A DNA stretch of 24,000 nucleotides from Caedibacter sp. 38-128. GTDB lineage: Bacteria; Pseudomonadota; Alphaproteobacteria; Caedimonadales; Caedimonadaceae. Positions 16,101 to 23,975 of the stretch are shown here, one piece after another. Numbering within the stretch: position 1 is the first letter of the stretch; each line of letters begins with the position of its first letter. A model generated the notes under the pieces. The model made no database searches and had not been told where the DNA came from. It saw nothing but the letters and a program-made list of their open reading frames with translations. The position numbers and the translations under genes were made by a program. The DNA is taken from positions 104,080-128,079 of the forward strand of contig MKUU01000011.1 of NCBI GenBank assembly GCA_001898705.1, read 5' to 3'.

Positions 16101-16129
16101 TTGACAAATAAAATTAACATGCCTAATGT
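16101..16129 (+). promoter_or_regulatory. Candidate sigma70 promoter for the tandem LRR genes
   Basis: TTGACA (16101-16106), a 17-nt spacer, then TAATGT (16124-16129), about 35 nt upstream of ATG 16166. Confidence 0.4.
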
Positions 16130-16165
16130 GCAAGTTCTTTAAAATAATAATAACATGAAGAAATC

Positions 16166-16654
16166 ATGACTTTACGATTCACCCTTTTCCTTACAGCCTT
16201 CCTTCTTCTCAGCATTCACCCTTCAAAAGCTTCCAATCTAAATTTTACACAAGAAGAAGATTTAGTAGTGCGTCCAGTTAAAAAACATAAAGCTAACGAG
16301 TCATCTACGTTAAATGCCGCAACATGGGAAGAACTTCCCTATCGTATTTTGAAAAGTTTCTTAGAAGAAACGTTAGAAAAGGACGGAACCACTATTATTC
16401 GTTTAAGTCTCATAAATAAAAATATTCGAAATTTTATCGAACAAACATGTGAAACGCTTGATCTTCGAGGTAATGATCTTTCAACGGGTCTCCTTAAAGC
16501 CGTTATGAATCAACCAACTCTTAACCTTGAAGCTTTTATTAAATTGACGACATTAAATGTGACTGGTTGCAATCTTACGATTTTTCCCCAGCTTTCCATC
16601 GCCCATGACCCTGAAAACTTTAACATCATTGGCTATTACAGCCCAAGAACTTGA
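16166..16654 (+). CDS. Secreted F-box-like / leucine-rich-repeat protein (short paralog)
   Basis: Signal peptide MTLRFTLFLTAFLLLSIHPSKA. F-box-like segment WEELPYRILKSFLEE...IIRLSLINKNIRNFI. LRR segment ETLDLRGNDLSTGLLKAV...LTTLNVTGCNLTIFPQL is homologous to the downstream gene. Confidence 0.65.
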   Translation: MTLRFTLFLTAFLLLSIHPSKASNLNFTQEEDLVVRPVKKHKANESSTLNAATWEELPYRILKSFLEETLEKDGTTIIRLSLINKNIRNFIEQTCETLDLRGNDLSTGLLKAVMNQPTLNLEAFIKLTTLNVTGCNLTIFPQLSIAHDPENFNIIGYYSPRT

Positions 16655-16723
16655 GTAACTTTAGCAAACGGATAAAAATGGTTTTTTATATCTCTTTTAG
16701 CAAAACACCATATCGAGACTACC

Positions 16724-17446
16724 ATGTTTCAAAACTTTAGATTTTTAATCACAATTTTAATTCTTGCCTATTCTCCTTTAACAAATGCTTCAGATGAGGC
16801 AATCTTAAAAAAACAACCACTAAGACCAATAGCGCTTAAACCTCAAGGTAATCTAATAGGATTTCAAGTCTTTGATTTAGAATCATCGAAATTTAACCTT
16901 CTCCCTTCTCAGAGAAGTATGTTTACATCTGCTTGTAGTCCTAGAAAAACATATGAATTTGTGGACCTTAGCAATCCTTATATGCAACCTCCCCGTCAAA
17001 GAAAAAAGAAGAAGAAAAGTATTAATTTTAGTAATCGAGATTTTACCCAAACAGAAACCCAATTAAATTTCTTCCTTGATATAAATAAAGTTACAGGTAT
17101 TATAAAATTACATTTAAGAAGTTGCCAATTACATATCTTACCAGAGTCACTTTTTAAGTTAACTAAAACGCTTGAAATACTTGATCTCAGTAATAATGAT
17201 TTCTCAATGGGACTCATGGAAGTGAACCCACTTCAAAATCTTTGCTTATTTACAGAGCTAAAGAAACTATATTTAAATAACTGTCGTATTAATGTCCTTC
17301 CCGGTTCTCTACGTGAGCTTAAAAAATTATCCCGCGTAGAACTTATGTATAATCAATTAGAAATGCCTAAACAACGCATTCTCGCATATTTTCAACCGAA
17401 TACGATTGTCATCGTAGGAGAACAGGGTCGTCACCTTAAAAACTAA
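16724..17446 (+). CDS. Secreted leucine-rich-repeat protein with a polybasic (NLS-like) tract
   Basis: Signal peptide MFQNFRFLITILILAYSPLTNA followed by SDEA. Polybasic RQRKKKKK. LRRs: LHLRSCQLHILPESLFKLTKTLEILDLSNNDFS...LKKLYLNNCRINVLPGSLRELKKLSRVELMYNQL. Confidence 0.7.
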   Translation: MFQNFRFLITILILAYSPLTNASDEAILKKQPLRPIALKPQGNLIGFQVFDLESSKFNLLPSQRSMFTSACSPRKTYEFVDLSNPYMQPPRQRKKKKKSINFSNRDFTQTETQLNFFLDINKVTGIIKLHLRSCQLHILPESLFKLTKTLEILDLSNNDFSMGLMEVNPLQNLCLFTELKKLYLNNCRINVLPGSLRELKKLSRVELMYNQLEMPKQRILAYFQPNTIVIVGEQGRHLKN

Positions 17447-17626
17447 TTCAAAAACATATGAAGCGTATCTAATGCCCCCACTCTCAGGCTCAGTAATTCT
17501 CAACTTTAACTTTTTTACTTTTATCAAAGAATAAAAAGAACAAAAGAACCATCAATTTCCGCTTTGCGTTTTGATGAGAATCTGCGAGAATCGCCCGCAG
17601 AAATAAAACCACACAAGAGTAAATAA

Positions 17627-18928
17627 ATGCTTCTCTCGCAATATTTTATGCCGACCCTGAAAGAAACACCTTCAGATGCTCAAATTGCCTCACACCGTCT
17701 CATGCTGCGCGCTGGGATGATTTATCAAACAAGTGCGGGGATTTATGGGTGGCTACCAATGGCGACGCGTGTCTTAGAGAACATTCAACGCATTGTTCGT
17801 GAAGAACAAGACCGCGCAGGCGCTCAAGAAGTGATTCTCCCTACCATTCAATCTGCGGATCTTTGGAAACAATCTGGTCGCTATGATGCTTATGGTCAAG
17901 AAATGCTCCGTTTTAAAGATCGTCATGAACGCGAAATCCTTTACACCCCAACTGCTGAAGAAGCCATCACTGACATTGCAGCTCATCACATTAAAAGCTA
18001 CCGCGATCTTCCCAAACTGCTTTACCAAATTCAATGGAAGTTCCGCGATGAAATCCGTCCTCGTTTTGGTGTGATGCGGGGCCGTGAATTCTTGATGAAA
18101 GATTGTTACTCATTCGATATTGATTATGAGGGCGCCCTTCGCTCTTATCAACTCATGCTTGAAGCCTACATAAAGTCGTTTATTCGCATGGGCCTCACAG
18201 CCATTCCTGTCAAGGCTGATCCTGGTGCCATTGGTGGCAATCTCTCACAGGAATTTCACGTTTTGGCCTCCACAGGAGAAAGCCTTATTTATTATGATCA
18301 AAAACTTGATACGTTGCTTCAAGACCCTAAGAACATTGATGTGGATCAATTGATGAATATTTATGCGGCAGAAGAAACTCTTCATAATCCTAAAGAGTGC
18401 GCTGTTCCTGAGGCCCAACTTAAGCAAGCACGCGGTATTGAGGTGGGACACATCTTTTACTTTGGCACAAAATATTCTGAGGCCTTTAATATGAAAGTGA
18501 GTGGCCCCACAGGCAATATGATTATCCCACATATGGGCAGCTACGGCATTGGTATCTCTCGCCTTGTCGGCGCTATCATCGAAGCCAATCACGATGATGC
18601 AGGCATCATATGGCCTGAAGGCGTGGCTCCCTTTAAAGTTGGACTTATTAGCATTCGCACCGATGATGAAGCCACCACAAAGACTTGCCGCCATCTTTAT
18701 GAAACTCTACAAAATCAAGGGATTAGCGTTCTGTATGATGATCGTGAAGAACGACCTGGCGCGAAGTTCGCAACAATGGATTTAATGGGGGCTCCTTGGC
18801 AATTACGGGTCGGCCCAAAAGGTCTTGAAAAAGGCCTTATTGAACTTAAAAATCGCCGTACAGGTGAAACGCAAGAACTTTCTATTGATTCTGCACTTTC
18901 TTACCTTATGCAACAATTGAGTCATTAA
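17627..18928 (+). CDS. proS: Prolyl-tRNA synthetase (short form without the large INS editing insertion)
   Basis: 433 aa. The N-terminus YFMPTLKETPSDAQIASHRLMLRAGMI and class II motifs (FRDEIRPRFGVMRGREFLMKDCYSF; GIEVGHIFYFGTKYS; MGSYGIGISRLVGAIIE) are typical of ProRS. Confidence 0.95.
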   Translation: MLLSQYFMPTLKETPSDAQIASHRLMLRAGMIYQTSAGIYGWLPMATRVLENIQRIVREEQDRAGAQEVILPTIQSADLWKQSGRYDAYGQEMLRFKDRHEREILYTPTAEEAITDIAAHHIKSYRDLPKLLYQIQWKFRDEIRPRFGVMRGREFLMKDCYSFDIDYEGALRSYQLMLEAYIKSFIRMGLTAIPVKADPGAIGGNLSQEFHVLASTGESLIYYDQKLDTLLQDPKNIDVDQLMNIYAAEETLHNPKECAVPEAQLKQARGIEVGHIFYFGTKYSEAFNMKVSGPTGNMIIPHMGSYGIGISRLVGAIIEANHDDAGIIWPEGVAPFKVGLISIRTDDEATTKTCRHLYETLQNQGISVLYDDREERPGAKFATMDLMGAPWQLRVGPKGLEKGLIELKNRRTGETQELSIDSALSYLMQQLSH

Positions 18929-18930
18929 GA

Positions 18931-20178
18931 ATGGTGAATACTTTTGTTTTAAAAGTTGCTTTACGCTATTTAAAACCTAGTCGAAAAGAAGGTTTTCTCT
19001 CTGTTATTGCAGGTTTTTCTTTTTTGGGAATCACATTGGGCGTTGCCACGCTCATTATTGTGATGTCCGTGATGAACGGTTTTCGTGAGGACCTTTTCAA
19101 CCGAATTCTAGGATTTAACGGACACATTGGCGTTGCATCTATTTATCGTGAAGGCATCAAAAACTTTGACCATCTTGTGACCGAGTTTAAAAAAGTCCCT
19201 GAAATCTCAATTGCAACACCAATGATCGAATATCAAGTCATGATTACCAATAAAGGTGTGGCGTCTGGCGCCCTTGTGCATGGACTCCGCCTTAAAGATC
19301 TTCTTGATCGCAAACTCGTGGCAGATCATATCACTCATGGGACACTTGATCATTTTGACCAGGAAAATGCCATTGTTGTGGGCAAGAGACTTGCCGAAAA
19401 ATATCGTGTCTTCCCTGGTGATAGTCTGTCTCTTGTCGCCCCTGAGGGGACAAGCACAGCGTTTGGAACGGTCCCCCGCATTCGACGCTTTCAAGTTGTT
19501 GCTATCTTTGATGTTGGCATGAAAGAGTATGATGGTGGTGTTGTGTTTATTCCTCTTAAAACTGCTCAAAATTTCTTTCGCCTTCCTGAAGCTGTTAATG
19601 GCATTGAAGTATTCCTCAAACACCCTGATCAAGCAGTGCACGTAAGCCGTCTTCTTAGCCAAAATATAGGCCCTAGCGTTCGTATTATTGATTGGCAACG
19701 CGCAAACTCAAGTTTTACAACGGCATTGCAAGTTGAACGTAATGTAATGTTCACCATTTTAACGCTGATCATCCTGGTCGCCGCTTTTAACATCATCTCA
19801 AGCTTGATTATGCTCGTGAAAGATAAAACGCACGATATTGCTATTTTGCGAACAATGGGCGCAAGCCAAGGCATGATCATGCGCATTTTCTTTCTAGCAG
19901 GCTCGTTAATTGGCTTCATAGGAACAGCCATGGGAAGCTTGCTTGGCTTATTGATTACCTCAAATATTGAAGCCATTCGGCAGTGGCTTGAGAAACTTTC
20001 CGGAACCCAGCTTTTTAGTGCTGAAGTATACTTTCTCACAAAACTTCCCTCAAAGGTTGATCCTTATGAAGTGATAATCGTAGTCTCTGTTGCTTTACTG
20101 CTTGTTTTCCTGGCGTCGTTATATCCTTCTTGGCGAGCAGCCCGCCTTGATCCTGTGGAGGCCCTTCGTTATGAATAA
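18931..20178 (+). CDS. lolC: Lipoprotein-releasing system permease LolC/LolE family
   Basis: 415 aa with N-terminus ALRYLKPSRKEGFLSVIAGFSFLGITLGVATLIIVMSVMNGF. It has a periplasmic MacB-like domain and a C-terminal FtsX domain (ILRTMGASQGMIMRIF...YPSWRAARLDPVEALRYE). The start is 3 nt after the proS stop, and the gene is followed by lolD. Confidence 0.9.
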   Translation: MVNTFVLKVALRYLKPSRKEGFLSVIAGFSFLGITLGVATLIIVMSVMNGFREDLFNRILGFNGHIGVASIYREGIKNFDHLVTEFKKVPEISIATPMIEYQVMITNKGVASGALVHGLRLKDLLDRKLVADHITHGTLDHFDQENAIVVGKRLAEKYRVFPGDSLSLVAPEGTSTAFGTVPRIRRFQVVAIFDVGMKEYDGGVVFIPLKTAQNFFRLPEAVNGIEVFLKHPDQAVHVSRLLSQNIGPSVRIIDWQRANSSFTTALQVERNVMFTILTLIILVAAFNIISSLIMLVKDKTHDIAILRTMGASQGMIMRIFFLAGSLIGFIGTAMGSLLGLLITSNIEAIRQWLEKLSGTQLFSAEVYFLTKLPSKVDPYEVIIVVSVALLLVFLASLYPSWRAARLDPVEALRYE

Positions 20179-20848
20179 TCTTGCTCTTGAGCTTAGAAAT
20201 ATACAGCGCACTTTCATTCAAGGGGATCAAAAATTAAACATCCTGAACGATGTTAACCTCCAGCTTAACGCCGGTGAAATTGTTGCTCTTGTGGGGCCAT
20301 CTGGTTCAGGAAAATCAACATTGCTTCAATTAGCGGGGCTCCTCGAATTTCCTTCAAATGGTGAGGTATATATCGCCGGCAATGCTTGTGGAAAAATGAA
20401 TGATCGGGAAAGGACTTCTTTACGGCTCAGCATGATTGGTTATATTTATCAATTCCACCATCTCTTGCCAGAATTCAGTGCGCTTGAAAACATTATGTTG
20501 CCTCAACTAATTGCGGGATGTCCACCGAACGAAGCCGAAGCTCATGCTAATCGCCTGCTTCAAAGTTTTAACCTTAAAAATCGTGGAACGCATCGCCCTT
20601 CGCGTCTTTCAGGGGGTGAGCAACAACGCGTAGCTATTTTACGTGCCATTGCCAATCAACCGAAAATTCTGTTGGCAGACGAGCCGACAGGAAACCTGGA
20701 TGAAGCTACAGCTGAAATTGTGTTTAATGAGTTGGTAGCGCTTGTACGTAAACATCAAATAGCAGCGTTGATCGCAACCCATAATCTTGAACTTGCCAAG
20801 CGCATGGATCGCACGATCCAGCTACATAGTGGCACTCTTACTCATTAA
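20171..20848 (+). CDS. lolD: Lipoprotein-releasing system ATP-binding protein LolD
   Basis: Walker A GPSGSGKST, ABC signature LSGGEQQRVAILRA, Walker B ILLADEPTGNLD. I chose the start at ATG 20171 (MNNLALELRNIQRTF), which overlaps the lolC/E stop by 8 nt. The tracked start at 20090 lies inside lolC/E. Confidence 0.93.
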   Translation: MNNLALELRNIQRTFIQGDQKLNILNDVNLQLNAGEIVALVGPSGSGKSTLLQLAGLLEFPSNGEVYIAGNACGKMNDRERTSLRLSMIGYIYQFHHLLPEFSALENIMLPQLIAGCPPNEAEAHANRLLQSFNLKNRGTHRPSRLSGGEQQRVAILRAIANQPKILLADEPTGNLDEATAEIVFNELVALVRKHQIAALIATHNLELAKRMDRTIQLHSGTLTH

Positions 20849-21826
20849 TGAAGGCGAAAATACTTCTTTTGGATCGCAAGTCGTCCCATCTATAATAAAT
20901 TTTTTGAGGTTTATTAATGATAAGATAAAGTTTTTATAAGCCATTGCGACATCACCATCAAGACTCAGCATCTCAAGTTTTGTAAGTCGAGTAAAGTGTT
21001 CAATTCTTTCAAACGTTTCAATCTCATCCATATTTCCATCTATATTAAGTTTGCGAAGTTGGGTAAGTTTGAGAATATCCTTAACTTTATTCACTGGAAG
21101 TCCACTTCGCCAAACATTTACTTGAGTAAGGTTTGTTAATTGAGAAATATTTCCAAATGTAGTTTCCTCTCCTGCATGCCCCATTAACACTAATCGATTA
21201 AGTTTAAAAAGTTTTGTAAGGTAAACTTCACTATTAAATTCATGAAAGACTGCCCCCGATAAGTCCAAACTTGTTAGGTTTGTTAATAACGTAAGAGGTT
21301 GAAAACCCGAGTCTTTAAACGTTCGATTTCGCACTGTTAAATTTTCAAGATTAATAAGAGAAGTAAGACCTACAAGACTTAACTCGTCAGCTTCTCCAGC
21401 TCTTGGGTTTAATAAAACTAAAGTCTTTACACCAACCCAAGTATTAGAGTTTTCTTCAACAAAATAAGCTTTTTTTAAGATATCAGCATGAATTCTAACT
21501 GATGCATAAGGGTAGAAGCGCCTCTTGTAGTATTGCAAATCTTCAGAATCTAACCAGTAAAAAAAAGCATCAAGTTTAGTTGCCCTGTCGCAAAATGGTT
21601 TACAAACCACTCGTAGTTTTTTAAGAACACTTCTGTCTTTTTGTCCAATTTCAAAGATATAAACTAACATCTCGTTAGGAAGCGTAGGAACGGTCTTATA
21701 ATAAGGTTTTTCTTGAACCTCTACCTCTCGCGCGGGCCCTTCATCAGATCCATAAACTGTAAAATTATACAAGAAAGACAAGGAAATTAAGCAAAGTATA
21801 TTTTTTATAATTTTTTGGTTAAGCAT
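20822..21826 (-). CDS. Secreted F-box + leucine-rich-repeat protein (eukaryotic FBXL-like architecture)
   Basis: Signal peptide MLNQKIIKNILCLISLSFLYNFTVYG followed by SDEG. Canonical F-box LPNEMLVYIFEIGQKDRSVLKKLRVVCKPFCDRA. Multiple LRRs follow (LTSLINLENLTV, LTLLTNLTSLDLSG, ISQLTNLTQVNV, ILKLTQLRKLNIDG, FTRLTKLEMLSLDG). The 3' end overlaps lolD by 27 nt in convergent orientation. Confidence 0.8.
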   Translation of the reverse strand: MLNQKIIKNILCLISLSFLYNFTVYGSDEGPAREVEVQEKPYYKTVPTLPNEMLVYIFEIGQKDRSVLKKLRVVCKPFCDRATKLDAFFYWLDSEDLQYYKRRFYPYASVRIHADILKKAYFVEENSNTWVGVKTLVLLNPRAGEADELSLVGLTSLINLENLTVRNRTFKDSGFQPLTLLTNLTSLDLSGAVFHEFNSEVYLTKLFKLNRLVLMGHAGEETTFGNISQLTNLTQVNVWRSGLPVNKVKDILKLTQLRKLNIDGNMDEIETFERIEHFTRLTKLEMLSLDGDVAMAYKNFILSLINLKKFIIDGTTCDPKEVFSPSLMSKSATM

Positions 21827-21940
21827 TTTATTTTTTTATTATTTTTATTTTGTTATAGTTTAGCCAACCTCAGCTTGATAAATAAGTCATCCCTATAAGT
21901 CAACATTTATTTCAATAATTACAAAAATTATAATCCTCTC

Positions 21941-22393
21941 TTATCGCCGCGCCTGAAAAAAATCTTTCAACAGCTGGCCACACTCTTCTGCTTGAAACCC
22001 ACCCATTACTTTTGGGCGATGATGGCACGTCTTTTGAGAAAATACCTGAGAGCCATGCTCAACCCCTCCGCCCTTAGGATCGTAAGCTCCATAATAAAGG
22101 CACCTGATGCGCGCATGAGCCATCGCTTGGGCACACATGGCACACGGCTCAAGGGTCACATAAAGGTCACACCCTACTAAGCGTGGTGTTTTAAGAAGTG
22201 CAGCGGCTTCACGGATGACGAGAATTTCAGCATGAGCAGTAGGATCATGGTTGCGTTCAACACGATTACCAGAGCGCGCAATAATCTGCCCTTCTAATAC
22301 AATCACGGCGCCGACCGGCACATCGTCTTCTAAAGCGGCCTGTTGCGCTTCTTGAAAAGCTATCTTAAAAAAAGAAATTTCTTGCGCATCCAT
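21941..22393 (-). CDS. tadA: tRNA-specific adenosine deaminase TadA
   Basis: 150 aa with CDA-fold zinc motifs HAEILVIREAA and PCAMCAQAM. It has a typical TadA N-terminus (AFQEAQQAALEDDVPVGAVIV). Confidence 0.9.
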   Translation of the reverse strand: MDAQEISFFKIAFQEAQQAALEDDVPVGAVIVLEGQIIARSGNRVERNHDPTAHAEILVIREAAALLKTPRLVGCDLYVTLEPCAMCAQAMAHARIRCLYYGAYDPKGGGVEHGSQVFSQKTCHHRPKVMGGFQAEECGQLLKDFFQARR

Positions 22394-22514
22394 TAAACTA
22401 CCTTCTCAGCATATAATATTACTTTAAGTCTTTAACTTATTCTTAAAGATAAGCGTGATAAATTATAATGAACTTGCTTAAAGTTCTACTTTTTAATTTC
22501 CAAAGGAGTTTTAG

Positions 22515-22922
22515 ATGAAAATCAAAAATTTAATGTTTATGACAAGCGTTTTAGCCATTTTCAATCCCTTTATGTCATCTTCCAACGCAGTAACCACTGC
22601 TAGTGGATTACCAGATGACGTAACGCTTGAAATTTTTAGTTTTATGACACCGGCTCAACTTAGTAATAAATTAGAAGTTTCACGGGAATTTCGTCGTCTT
22701 GCCTGTGATAAAAACAGTCCCTTAGGCCAATTGAATAATCACCAAGAATCTAAAGATCTTTATACATTTTGTCGCAAAATGGAATTTGAATTCGGAGAAG
22801 TATTAGCTTTAGCAAATAAAGTTGTTGCTATGAAGGTCAATCCTGCCCCTAAGTTAATTAGCGAAAAAGAATTCAAAGACGCTAAGCATTACGCACAACA
22901 ACTTGTCGATGATAACTTTTAA
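22515..22922 (+). CDS. Small secreted F-box protein
   Basis: Signal peptide MKIKNLMFMTSVLAIFNPFMSSSNA. F-box motif LPDDVTLEIFSFMTPAQLSNKLEVSREFRRLACD. GGAG lies 6-9 nt upstream of the ATG, and the gene is followed by a hairpin terminator. Confidence 0.65.
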   Translation: MKIKNLMFMTSVLAIFNPFMSSSNAVTTASGLPDDVTLEIFSFMTPAQLSNKLEVSREFRRLACDKNSPLGQLNNHQESKDLYTFCRKMEFEFGEVLALANKVVAMKVNPAPKLISEKEFKDAKHYAQQLVDDNF

Positions 22923-22940
22923 AGATATTAAGATAAATAA

Positions 22941-22968
22941 AAGCTGCCCTTTTGTAAAAGGGCAGCTT
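22941..22968. terminator. Bidirectional terminator between convergent genes
   Basis: 12-bp inverted repeat aagctgcccttt / aaagggcagctt with loop tgta. It is flanked by an A-rich sequence on the plus side, which reads as T-rich downstream on the minus strand. Confidence 0.65.
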
Positions 22969-22983
22969 AATTGACTTTACGCA

Positions 22984-23781
22984 TTATGATGGCATTAAGA
23001 TTATCGTATTAAGCTTATTGATTGTTGAATTGCTGAACTTTGGTTCCCATTCTTCAAGCAGATCCCTAAAAAAATCTTCAAAATCACCACCCGATTTTGT
23101 GAGCCATTTCCTTTGTAAATCAATTGTAAAAAGTATAAGATTTGGATCTTTTAAAAACATCTGATCAATAGAGACAGAAAATTTTTGAGCCTCATCTTGA
23201 TTCACATAGCCCAAACTTGAGAACATATTGCGGCCTTTATTTTGTCCTTCTTCAAAAGAAGGAGCCTTTAAATGCATCTCTTCGTGGCTAAGTTCTTCAA
23301 TTAAATTGCAAAGCTTATTAAGACAGATAATTTTTTCTTCCTCCTCGTGTGAAAGATGTTCAATATATTTTAAAATATGCCCATAATAAAATAAAGTATG
23401 TCCCTGACTTCCCGCATAAATAGCTTGAAATTTATGGTGATCTATTATTCCTTTACTTAAAAACTGAGTTTCGAAATTTTTAGCTGCAACTCTGAAATAT
23501 TTGAGAGCTTCAAAGAAGTGATGAGAATTATCATTTTCATCACTTGAATCAATTGTTTTCCCAATATTTTTCCCTTTTTCAGCAGAGGATTTTTTAGTAA
23601 GTTGTTTAATTCCGGCTTTGTACCTTAGAACCTCTTTCTCAAAGGGACAAATCACACTGTTAATTGAATGTTGTTTTTTTAAGTCAGTTCTGGCTTCATT
23701 AATTGGTGAAGCATGTGAAGTGAGAGAAAAATTTAGTATTGTCGCACTGATCAACAAAAAGACTTTATAATTTTTTTTCAT
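22984..23781 (-). CDS. Hypothetical secreted protein (orphan)
   Basis: 265-aa ORF with signal peptide MKKNYKVFLLISATILNFSLTSHA. It is His/Glu-rich with an internal LSHEE repeat (IEHLSHEEEEK / IEELSHEEMH). No recognised domain. Confidence 0.6.
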   Translation of the reverse strand: MKKNYKVFLLISATILNFSLTSHASPINEARTDLKKQHSINSVICPFEKEVLRYKAGIKQLTKKSSAEKGKNIGKTIDSSDENDNSHHFFEALKYFRVAAKNFETQFLSKGIIDHHKFQAIYAGSQGHTLFYYGHILKYIEHLSHEEEEKIICLNKLCNLIEELSHEEMHLKAPSFEEGQNKGRNMFSSLGYVNQDEAQKFSVSIDQMFLKDPNLILFTIDLQRKWLTKSGGDFEDFFRDLLEEWEPKFSNSTINKLNTIILMPS

Positions 23782-23975
23782 TTTTTTCCTTTTAAGACTT
23801 ATAGTTATTATTCAAAGCATCGTAACTTTACTATCCTTTCAACTTTGTTAACAAACGCCATCCTCTCTAGCTGAATTTTATTAAAAATCTTGGCTGATGA
23901 AGTTAAGTTAACAAACTGTTTTCTTTTAAAAAATATGATAAGGTTATGCTATAAATTTTATGCAAGGAAGCATTA

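Noticed and set aside
16994-17017. Purine tract aaaaaagaagaagaaaag as a slipped-strand phase-variation site.
   Set aside because: It is not a pure homopolymer or a perfect short tandem repeat. It is interpreted instead as coding for the polybasic tract.
20090-20170. Tracked lolD start at 20090, and similarly pal at 3015 and the small F-box-like ORF at 8179.
   Set aside because: The extended N-termini overlap upstream genes or bury the lipobox or signal peptide. The internal ATGs (20171, 2979, 8113) give canonical N-termini.
893-20230. Many tracked ORFs of 60-163 aa overlap annotated genes on the opposite strand or in another frame. Examples: 893-1111, 1179-1508, 1971-2270, 2548-2799, 3852-4323, 4565-4864, 7284-7511, 7869-8093, 8309-8512, 9783-10019, 13839-14075, 14539-15154, 16996-17217, 17774-18074, 18245-18785, 19207-20039, 20036-20230 and 21992-22180.
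   Set aside because: Each lies wholly inside a gene with clear family-level sequence identity or a better-supported ORF. Their translations are low-complexity or unrecognisable and lack SD sequences. They are shadow ORFs.
20822-20848. 27-nt convergent overlap of the lolD and F-box/LRR 3' ends as a regulatory antisense arrangement.
   Set aside because: Short 3' overlaps are common in compact genomes. There is no structure or motif to support a specific mechanism, so it is noted only as context.
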